From the IMG/VR virus record IMGVR_UViG_3300001866_000016, positions 1 to 47,851 of that record: a stretch of 47,851 nucleotides of DNA; one strand, written 5' to 3'. Below are positions 1 to 6,498 of this stretch, one piece after another. Numbering within the stretch: position 1 is the stretch's first letter; each line of letters opens with the position of its first letter. The notes under the pieces are model-generated. The model was given only the letters and a program-made list of their open reading frames with translations. It was not told the DNA's origin and did not search any database. The translations under genes and the position numbers were made by a program. This DNA is from a virus (Duplodnaviria; Caudoviricetes).

Positions 1-83
1 GTCGTGGTCGAGGTCGGGGTCGAGGTCGAGGTCGTGGTCGAGGTCGGGGTCGAGGTCGAGGTCGTGGTCGTGGTTGAGGTCGA
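1..83 (+). repeat. (TCG-NGG)n hexamer tandem repeat with a 30-nt higher-order unit; 3' part of the Ser-Arg/Gly/Trp peptide that starts at 47767
   Basis: 1-30 is identical to 31-60. The frame starting at 2 reads SWSRSGSRSRSWSRSGSRSRSWSWLRSI and stops at TAA 86-88. The same repeat is at the window end. Confidence 0.9.
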
Positions 84-167
84 TATAATCATGGTGGCGA
101 CACACGTCGCCTCCTGTAAGGTGAGAGCAATTCCTTGCCACCACCTTATAGGAAATAATAAATAAAT

Positions 168-248
168 ATGCCCTACGATTTTACAAATATAGATAAGGAA
201 ATGGATAACATCATTAAATATGCAGACAAATATGGAAAACTCAAATAA
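168..248 (+). CDS. 26-aa stub paralogous to the N-terminus of the 612 and 1460 genes (possible gene remnant)
   Basis: MPYDFTNIDKEMDNIIKYADKYGKLK*, with the same aataaataaatatg leader as 612 and 1460. Confidence 0.45.
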   Translation: MPYDFTNIDKEMDNIIKYADKYGKLK

Positions 249-609
249 TCGCTACAAGTTTAGAGCGTGGGTTACGAGTAAAATAGAATTATGTGGGGAA
301 GAACCGCAAATGTGTTACTCTTTTAATCACTCAGAGGTAGAATGTAATGATAAAGGAGAATTAGTTGGTAAAGGTATCCTTATGCAATTCACAGGTCTTC
401 ATGACAAGAACGGCAAGGAGATTTATGAGGGGGATATTGTTAAAAACAAGACCGGTCATGATTCTTATAAAGAAAGAACTGTGTTTTTTGAAAATGGTGC
501 ATTTAGATTTGAGAATCAAACAAAGCCGTCTTCCGGTTTCATATATGTAAGAGACACAACCGAAGTCATTGGCAACATCTACGAAAACCCAGAGCTATTA
601 AATAAATAA
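220..609 (+). CDS. YopX family protein
   Basis: KFRAW, MQFTGLHDKNGKEIYEGDIV and EVIGNIYENPELL signatures; the start may be ATG 232. Confidence 0.9.
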   Translation: MQTNMENSNNRYKFRAWVTSKIELCGEEPQMCYSFNHSEVECNDKGELVGKGILMQFTGLHDKNGKEIYEGDIVKNKTGHDSYKERTVFFENGAFRFENQTKPSSGFIYVRDTTEVIGNIYENPELLNK

Positions 610-611
610 AT

Positions 612-890
612 ATGCCCTACGATTTTACAAAGATAGATGAGGAGTTAAAAGTAAGATTTGGTGAACAAATAATTTGTGATGTCGCACCAGAAACAACTTG
701 GGTAAGTATAACTCTCTCCAATGTTTTCTATGAAAAAAGCAGTAAGATTTTTTTAGAGGAATTAAAATCCTTTATCCACTCCGCCATCACCCAAGCCATA
801 AAAGAAAGAGATAGGGAGTGGACAGTAAGACTAATAAATAATGTGTTTGGAACTGAAGATAAAAACCTTAAAGATAAAAAGATAATATGA
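612..890 (+). CDS. hypothetical protein (YDFTKID...FIHSAITQA family, copy 1)
   Basis: Tightly packed ORF; shares two sequence blocks with 1460..1807. Confidence 0.75.
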   Translation: MPYDFTKIDEELKVRFGEQIICDVAPETTWVSITLSNVFYEKSSKIFLEELKSFIHSAITQAIKERDREWTVRLINNVFGTEDKNLKDKKII

Positions 891-1147
891 AAGAACCACC
901 GAATTTAATAAAAATTCCACACATAGTTGAAGCTCGGTTTAGTTCGTCTGGACATTGTTCCGAAGAAGCATTAGAGCAGAAATACGATTTATTTGAAGCT
1001 GTCAGTTTTCAAACAATGGATTGTTCGTGGCGGTTTGGACATTATAAGGAATATTTAATTAACGACGACACTTTCGTTATAGAATATAACGACATAAATT
1101 TACAAAAAATAACAAGAAAAATCTATAAGAAACCAACCCTCGCCTAA
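887..1147 (+). CDS. hypothetical protein
   Basis: ATGA overlap with the upstream gene; occupies the same slot as the MTase in the second cassette. Confidence 0.7.
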   Translation: MKEPPNLIKIPHIVEARFSSSGHCSEEALEQKYDLFEAVSFQTMDCSWRFGHYKEYLINDDTFVIEYNDINLQKITRKIYKKPTLA

Positions 1148-1247
1148 TAATAAAGATAATAAAGTGGTATAATATAACCTGAAAGGAGGGAGCATGACGC
1201 TCTATCGCGTGTCGGGTGTGTGTGAGGAGTGCAAGAAACATCACGAG
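1135..1247 (+). repeat. 113-nt direct repeat, copy 1 (extended -10 promoter, SD and first 18 codons)
   Basis: 112/113 identical to 2262-2374; TGGTATAAT 1165-1173; AAGGAGGG before ATG 1194. Confidence 0.92.
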
Positions 1248-1457
1248 GATAGAAATAGTATTTTATTACAATTTACTGGCCTTCACGACAAGAACGGCAA
1301 GGAGATTTATGAGGGGGATATTGTTGAGTTTGAAAGCGAATATGGTAAGGCAAAATCAGAAGTCGCATATCCTGAGGATTGGCTTTTCTTTTCAGAAGAT
1401 AAGACTTTGAAAATTATCGGCAACATCTACGAAAACCCAGAGCTATTAAATAAATAA
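1194..1457 (+). CDS. chimeric YopX: first 18 aa of the 2321 gene fused to a YopX C-terminal half
   Basis: MTLYRVSGVCEECKKHHE followed by QFTGLHDKNGKEIYEGDIV...IGNIYENPELLNK. Confidence 0.8.
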   Translation: MTLYRVSGVCEECKKHHEDRNSILLQFTGLHDKNGKEIYEGDIVEFESEYGKAKSEVAYPEDWLFFSEDKTLKIIGNIYENPELLNK

Positions 1458-1459
1458 AT

Positions 1460-1807
1460 ATGCGATACGATTTTACAAAGATAGATAAGGAAATTAAACA
1501 GTTTTTGACAGTGCCGGAACAGGTTTGCGGAATGGGGAATTCGTGTATTGTATGTGGTCAACCGAACAATAAGTCGCCACAAGTAAAATGGCTATTAGAC
1601 TTTATCCACTCCGCAATCACCCAAGCCTGTAAATCTTACGCCCAAAATGTAATAGAGCAGGGGAGGCCAAAGAGTAAATCAGTTTTGCCAAATGTATTGG
1701 AGGGGCGAAATGATGAGATTTTTGATAGGCATGGCATTGATGGTATTAAATGCTACAACACCGCTCTAGCCGACTACAAAAAGAGAATGTTAGATATTAT
1801 TAAATAA
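1460..1807 (+). CDS. hypothetical protein (YDFTKID...FIHSAITQA family, copy 2, with CxxC)
   Basis: ORF; paralogous blocks shared with 612..890. Confidence 0.75.
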   Translation: MRYDFTKIDKEIKQFLTVPEQVCGMGNSCIVCGQPNNKSPQVKWLLDFIHSAITQACKSYAQNVIEQGRPKSKSVLPNVLEGRNDEIFDRHGIDGIKCYNTALADYKKRMLDIIK

Positions 1808-1822
1808 AGATAAAAAGATAAT

Positions 1823-2263
1823 ATGAAAAATCTTAAAACAATGTTGAGTAGTGAAGATATGACTTGGGAAACTCCACAGAAATTTTTTGATGAATTAAAC
1901 TCGGAATTTAATTTTACCCTTGATCCTTGTGCGACAACCGAAACAGCAAAGTGTAAAAAGTTCTACACTAAAGAGGACGATGGACTCTCTAAAGATTGGA
2001 CAGATGAAAAAGTATTTTGTAATCCGCCTTATGGTTCAGCTATTAAAAACTGGGTTAAGAAGTGTAGTGAAGAAAAAGCATTGGTCGTTATGTTAATACC
2101 TGCTAGAACAGACACTAAATATTTTCACGAGTATATTTACAATAAGCCAAATGTTGAAATTCGTTTTATAAAAGGTAGGTTAAAATTTGGTGGAAAACAG
2201 AAAGGAAGTGGGTCAGCTCCGTTCCCAAGTATGCTAGCAATTTTCAAAAAATTAGGCGACTAA
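1823..2263 (+). CDS. phage DNA N6-adenine methyltransferase (Dam-like)
   Basis: WETP, FTLDPCA, DGL, CNPPY, LIPARTDT and RFIKGRLKF motifs. Confidence 0.92.
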   Translation: MKNLKTMLSSEDMTWETPQKFFDELNSEFNFTLDPCATTETAKCKKFYTKEDDGLSKDWTDEKVFCNPPYGSAIKNWVKKCSEEKALVVMLIPARTDTKYFHEYIYNKPNVEIRFIKGRLKFGGKQKGSGSAPFPSMLAIFKKLGD

Positions 2264-2374
2264 CCCTCGCCTAATAATAAAGATAATAAAGTGATATAAT
2301 ATAACCTGAAAGGAGGGAGCATGACGCTCTATCGCGTGTCGGGTGTGTGTGAGGAGTGCAAGAAACATCACGAG
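2262..2374 (+). repeat. 113-nt direct repeat, copy 2
   Basis: Matches 1135-1247; TGATATAAT 2292-2300. Confidence 0.92.
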
Positions 2375-2515
2375 TTTCACGGCATGTCCGACGAGGAGGA
2401 CAGCGTGCTGTTCTTCTACCAGACGCATCTGGAGAAGGAGGGACACTCGTTCGTGGGAACGCCTGACATCTCAACCTACGAGGAGGTGAAACGTGAACGT
2501 GTGGGGCGAAGATAG
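2321..2515 (+). CDS. small CxxC..H protein
   Basis: Strong SD; GC-rich codon usage. Confidence 0.75.
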   Translation: MTLYRVSGVCEECKKHHEFHGMSDEEDSVLFFYQTHLEKEGHSFVGTPDISTYEEVKRERVGRR

Positions 2516-2672
2516 GTACTGGGTGTTCTGCGAGGCATGCATGGGTACGCGCAAGCACGCGCTGGGGATTGTGGGGAACATCCCAGTCAAGATGTGCTGT
2601 TCTTGCGGAAGGACTACCAAGCGCGAGAGCAACTTCAAGGGCAAGAAGGAGGCGGACGATGAGCTGGACTGA
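2493..2672 (+). CDS. 59-aa zinc-ribbon protein (not in the ORF track)
   Basis: GAGGAGGTGA SD followed by GTG; MNVWGEDRYWVFCEACMG...MCCSCGRTT...DELD*. Confidence 0.7.
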   Translation: MNVWGEDRYWVFCEACMGTRKHALGIVGNIPVKMCCSCGRTTKRESNFKGKKEADDELD

Positions 2673-2850
2673 CCTTCTGCGCGACATCTGCGTGGACGCT
2701 GTGAACGAAATCAAGAAGCTTGAACCCTATCTGAGGGGTCTCACGGACGCACAGCAGGACATCTTCATCGCCGAGTACTTCCGCCTTCCCAAGCGCGAGC
2801 GCAACGTGGCAAACATGGCGCGTCTGCGAAGGGAAATCAAGGGAGGATAA
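2659..2850 (+). CDS. hypothetical protein (63 aa)
   Basis: AAGGAGG SD before ATG 2659 (MSWTDLLRD...). Confidence 0.7.
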   Translation: MSWTDLLRDICVDAVNEIKKLEPYLRGLTDAQQDIFIAEYFRLPKRERNVANMARLRREIKGG

Positions 2851-2851
2851 C

Positions 2852-3079
2852 ATGGGACGCAAGATGACCATTGCCTGCCCGACCTGTGGGCATGGCGTGG
2901 ACATGACGCTGGGGTGTCTCTACAAGGACAAAGGCAAGTTCTACTACATCGTATTCGGTGTGTGTGGATACTGCCTGCAAGAAGGAGACGACCGAAGCGT
3001 GTCTGCTACCTACCCTGCCGATACGCCCACCGCACTCTCCTGCATCATCTCGGGGCTTCCCGTCCTGTCGCCAAAGTGA
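2852..3079 (+). CDS. zinc-ribbon protein
   Basis: GGAGG SD; CPTC...CGYC. Confidence 0.75.
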   Translation: MGRKMTIACPTCGHGVDMTLGCLYKDKGKFYYIVFGVCGYCLQEGDDRSVSATYPADTPTALSCIISGLPVLSPK

Positions 3080-3151
3080 GGTGCGTCATGCATCGTGTGA
3101 GGTTTTCGCTGGGTTTCCTCACGAAAAAACCCAGACTATACTATGAAAAAA

Positions 3152-3227
3152 CAGGGTGTAGTGCAATTGGAAGCATGCGTGCATTGGAAGCACGAGGTTG
3201 CAGGTTCGAGTCCTGCCACCCTGACCA
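3152..3227 (+). tRNA. tRNA-Pro(TGG)
   Basis: Acceptor CAGGGTG/CACCCTG, anticodon stem CGTGC/GCACG with loop ATTGGAA, GGTTCGAGTCC T-arm, encoded CCA. Confidence 0.95.
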
Positions 3228-3229
3228 TT

Positions 3230-3303
3230 GTGGGAGTAGCCTAAAGGCAAGGCACTGGTTCGTGGCACCAGCTATCGTGGTTCGAATCCACGCTCTCACT
3301 CCA
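3230..3303 (+). tRNA. tRNA-His(GTG), atypical
   Basis: Acceptor GTGGGAG/CTCTCAC, anticodon stem CTGGT/ACCAG with loop TCGTGGC, GGTTCGAATCC T-arm, encoded CCA. Confidence 0.9.
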
Positions 3304-3314
3304 TAAAAATATAT

Positions 3315-4496
3315 ATGATCATAACAAAAAATGGACGCGTCCCAATTAAATACTGGCTTGATGAAATGCCAGAGGAGGGGGCTGTGGCACAAACAGAAAA
3401 TCTTGCCAACCTTCCATTTGTTTTTCACCACGTCGCTATAATGCCAGATACCCATCAGGGCTATGGCATGCCTATTGGCGGGGTGATTGCAACTGAGAAT
3501 GTGATTATTCCTAACGCTGTTGGTGTTGATATTGGATGTGGTATGTGTGCAGTTAAGACTTCATTGACAGAAATAGATACAGATACACTAAAGAAAATAA
3601 TGGGAGAAATCAGAAAGGCTGTGCCTGTTGGGTTTGATCATCATAAAGAAAGACAAAATGAGAGTTTAATGCCAGAACGAGTAATGCCAGGACCAATCGT
3701 AGAAAAAGAATATAAAAATGCTTTAACGCAAATTGGTACACTCGGAGGAGGCAATCACTTTATTGAAATCCAAAAAGGTTCTGACGGACATATCTGGATA
3801 ATGATTCACTCTGGCTCGCGTAATCTTGGGAAACAAGTAGCGGATCACTATAATAAGTTAGCCGTTCAACTCAATGAAAAGTGGCATAGTATTGTACCTA
3901 AAGAATGGGAACTGGCATTTTTGCCAGTTGATAGCGATGAGGGGCAATCATATATTAGAGAAATGAATTATTGTGTTGACTTTGCTTTGGCAAATAGAAA
4001 ACTTATGATAGATAGAGTTATGGAGATTTTTATGAAGATTTTTAATTTTTCTACAGCTTTTGAAATAAGCAATTTTAAACAATTTGAAATTAACATTGCC
4101 CACAACTATGCCTCACAAGAGAATCATTTTGGACGCAATGTATGGGTTCATCGTAAAGGCGCAACACTCGCACGTAAAGGAACAGTCGGTATAATTCCTG
4201 GTTCAATGGGTACGAAGTCCTATATTGTAGCAGGTCTTGGAAATGAAGAATCATTTGAATCATGTTCACATGGGGCAGGTAGAAAACTAGGGCGTAAAGT
4301 GGCCACAGAACAACTTGATTTTGACGAACAAAAGAAACTCATGGACGATAAAGGGATTATTCATGGCATGAGGAATAATGATGACTTAGAGGAGGCACCT
4401 GGCGCGTATAAAGATATTGATATAGTAATGGAAAACCAAAAAGATTTGGTGAAAATACTAGTTGAGCTTACACCTTTAGCTGTGATAAAGGGCTGA
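3315..4496 (+). CDS. rtcB: RNA 3'-phosphate/5'-OH ligase RtcB
   Basis: MPDTHQGYGMPIGGV, VGVDIGCGM, GTLGGGNHFIE, HSGSR, HNYA, HRKGAT, SHGAGR and EAPGAYKDI all intact. Confidence 0.97.
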   Translation: MIITKNGRVPIKYWLDEMPEEGAVAQTENLANLPFVFHHVAIMPDTHQGYGMPIGGVIATENVIIPNAVGVDIGCGMCAVKTSLTEIDTDTLKKIMGEIRKAVPVGFDHHKERQNESLMPERVMPGPIVEKEYKNALTQIGTLGGGNHFIEIQKGSDGHIWIMIHSGSRNLGKQVADHYNKLAVQLNEKWHSIVPKEWELAFLPVDSDEGQSYIREMNYCVDFALANRKLMIDRVMEIFMKIFNFSTAFEISNFKQFEINIAHNYASQENHFGRNVWVHRKGATLARKGTVGIIPGSMGTKSYIVAGLGNEESFESCSHGAGRKLGRKVATEQLDFDEQKKLMDDKGIIHGMRNNDDLEEAPGAYKDIDIVMENQKDLVKILVELTPLAVIKG

Positions 4497-4587
4497 TCTC
4501 AACTCACAACTGTTCGTGTGAGGGTGCATAGCACATGAGCAGTAGTGAGGGAGAGATTAACCAACTCCCTGTATGGAGGGTATCAAA

Positions 4588-5346
4588 ATGGAACGTACCC
4601 ATCTCGTTCGTCAGCGTCTGGAACTCACTGATGGCAAGGCGCGCGTGATGGCGTGTGGAGACTGGCACCTGGGTGCCAAGACCTGCGACATCGACGCGAT
4701 CCGCCACCACATCAACCTGTGCCTGGAGAAGAATAGCTACTTCCTGGGCATGGGAGACATGCTCGAGATGGCGACCAAGGACAGCCCTGGGTCTGGCGTG
4801 TTCGAGCAGGACGCGCCCGATGGGCAGGTCGAGATGGTCGTGAACCTGCTGAGGCCGCTCGCGGAGCGCGGACTCATCGTGGGGATTCACGATGGCAACC
4901 ACGAGCGCCGTATGACGAAGCTCACGGGCGTGAACATCATGAAGCTCGTCTGCCAGATTCTGGGTGTGCGATACCTCAACCATGTCGCCTACCACATCTG
5001 GTACGTCGGGCAGGAGAGCTACACAGTCTATTCGACACACGGGTCGTCTGGTGCTCGTCTGCCCTACACCAAGATCAAGTCGGCGCTGGACGTGTTCCGC
5101 TTCGCCGATACCGAGCTGGTGCTCTACGCTCACACGCATGGCCTCGACCACATGACACAGCAGTACAAGCGTCTCAACAAGAAGACGAAGGCGGTCGAGA
5201 CCGCGATTCGCCACGCTGTGCTGACTGGTTCGTTCCTGGCCTACGACGGGAGCTACGCCGAGCAGGCCAACCTGCCTCCGTGTTCCATCGGCTCTCCTGT
5301 GGTGCACATGTATCCCGACCATCACGAGATCCGAGTGATGATGTGA
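4588..5346 (+). CDS. calcineurin-like metallophosphoesterase
   Basis: GDWHLG, GDMLE, GNHE, THG and AHTH motifs; GGAGGG SD before ATG 4588. Confidence 0.92.
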   Translation: MERTHLVRQRLELTDGKARVMACGDWHLGAKTCDIDAIRHHINLCLEKNSYFLGMGDMLEMATKDSPGSGVFEQDAPDGQVEMVVNLLRPLAERGLIVGIHDGNHERRMTKLTGVNIMKLVCQILGVRYLNHVAYHIWYVGQESYTVYSTHGSSGARLPYTKIKSALDVFRFADTELVLYAHTHGLDHMTQQYKRLNKKTKAVETAIRHAVLTGSFLAYDGSYAEQANLPPCSIGSPVVHMYPDHHEIRVMM

Positions 5347-5450
5347 TACGCACCGACGTTCGCTTCTGCCACAAGTGTTGGCGACTGACAGTACATTTCC
5401 TTCGGGAGTGCGTCTGGGTCTGCCTCATCTGTGGTGGCGAGGGGGGATAA
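5343..5450 (+). CDS. 35-aa zinc-ribbon microprotein (not in the ORF track)
   Basis: GTGA overlap with the phosphoesterase stop; MIRTDVRFCHKCWRLTVHFLRECVWVCLICGGEGG*. Confidence 0.6.
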   Translation: MIRTDVRFCHKCWRLTVHFLRECVWVCLICGGEGG

Positions 5451-5498
5451 CTAGAAAGTAGCTCTATCCCCCCGCCTGTGCTTGTTAGATCTTTGAAA

Positions 5499-5544
5499 AT
5501 ATCCACAACATATATTTGATTATATATGTAAAATGGTATAATAT
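5499..5544 (+). promoter_or_regulatory. sigma70-type promoter with an upstream DnaA-box-like 9-mer
   Basis: ATATCCACA 5499-5507; TTGATT 5516-5521; TGGTATAAT 5534-5542. Confidence 0.6.
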
Positions 5545-5599
5545 TACATGGCTTTAGAGATGTGCCGTTAATGTATAAATATGCGTTATAGAACATCGT

Positions 5600-5936
5600 T
5601 TAGACAAGCATGGGGGATCTAAAGAGGAGGGTAAATACCTTGATCCCCCCATGGTCTAACAGAATATCTTTCTCCAGTCTTTCATGAGCCAAATAATGAA
5701 AGGCGCACTTTCGATAACAGTCGTACCCTCGTGGTCGACTGGAGGGAGATAACAAGGTCACATGTAGTGCAAAAGGCAAACTGGCTATCTCACTGTTAGC
5801 CGAGACCTTAGCCGACCTTGTTGTTTCCTCGGTAGTTATAATCTTTGTCCTCTCCCCAAAGGAGATAGTTCTTTCAAGACGTATTCATCCTCCACATATT
5901 CTCAATCATATCCTGTGGAGGGGATAGAGATTATAA
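5600..5936 (+). ncRNA. putative multi-domain structured ncRNA or leader (four helix-closed domains)
   Basis: Closing helices at 5600/5659, 5665/5751, 5745/5827 and 5836/5936. G-U pairs favour the + strand. No convincing ORF. Confidence 0.65.
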
Positions 5937-5955
5937 ATAATTCTTAATTTTTTTT

Positions 5956-6267
5956 ATGGTAAAAGACCAAAAGCCAAAAGCCGAGGCGCCTGATATTAAA
6001 GTAGATAAGGCCACCGCCACAGACGAATATAAGCGTCACCTTCTAGCCGCACGTGTTTGTGAGTTTAGGATCAGCGAAGCTAAGCAGATATTTGAACAGC
6101 ATAATAACGCGCTTAAGGAAATCTTTGGCGGGGTAAACGCGCTTGAAAAGATATTTGGCTTTGATAGACAGACAATTATTGAAGAAATCAAGCATGAAGA
6201 AGAGCAAAAGAGTAAAAAAGTAAAAGTAAAAAAGGCAGACGATAAGGCAGAAGAGGCCAAGAAATAA
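5956..6267 (+). CDS. hypothetical helical/coiled-coil protein
   Basis: 103-aa ORF followed by a terminator. Confidence 0.8.
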   Translation: MVKDQKPKAEAPDIKVDKATATDEYKRHLLAARVCEFRISEAKQIFEQHNNALKEIFGGVNALEKIFGFDRQTIIEEIKHEEEQKSKKVKVKKADDKAEEAKK

Positions 6268-6298
6268 ACAAAAATACCCACATAGTGGGTGTTTTTGT
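6268..6298. terminator. bidirectional intrinsic terminator
   Basis: ACAAAAATACCCAC-ATA-GTGGGTGTTTTTGT. Confidence 0.8.
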
Positions 6299-6336
6299 AC
6301 TTGACTATTTTATATTTATATGTTCTTATTGGGTAT

Positions 6337-6498
6337 ATGAAGGAATATATCTTATCACTTACACTGCTCATCATCCTTATACCTATCTGTATATTTTTAT
6401 TAGCACTTATAGTAGCCTTCCTTTATGATATTCTGGGCGCAATTTTATTCTCTTTTATAGTAATAATATCCTTATTCCTTATTCTCATCCTCGAATGA
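6337..6498 (+). CDS. small membrane protein (two hydrophobic helices)
   Basis: Almost entirely hydrophobic 53-aa ORF, convergent with the LPD38 gene. Confidence 0.55.
   Translation: MKEYILSLTLLIILIPICIFLLALIVAFLYDILGAILFSFIVIISLFLILILE

Noticed and set aside
157-2374. Diversity-generating retroelement or integron
   Set aside because: No reverse transcriptase or tyrosine recombinase, no adenine-specific TR/VR mismatch pattern, and no attC-like palindromes.
3227-3315. tRNA-associated self-cleaving (HDV-like/theta) ribozyme
   Set aside because: Only 2 nt and 11 nt follow the two tRNAs; there is no room or motif.
2914-3455. ORFs 2914..3306, 2958..3146 and 3141..3455
   Set aside because: They overlap the tRNAs or better-supported genes.
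4504-5325. 273-aa minus-strand ORF
   Set aside because: Antisense shadow of the GC-rich phosphoesterase gene; no motifs.
5687-5812. 10-12 nt matches of the RNA region to the origin (AGCCAAATAATG, 40359), the SR repeat (TCGTGGTCGA) and the LPD38 gene (GAGACCTTAGC, 10361)
   Set aside because: Matches this short are expected by chance in 48 kb.
5745-5827. Third tRNA or Y RNA (YrlA-like) near rtcB
   Set aside because: D-arm-like sequence only; no TTCGA T-loop, no CCA end, and no Ro60/Rsr gene. Kept only as part of the unknown RNA.
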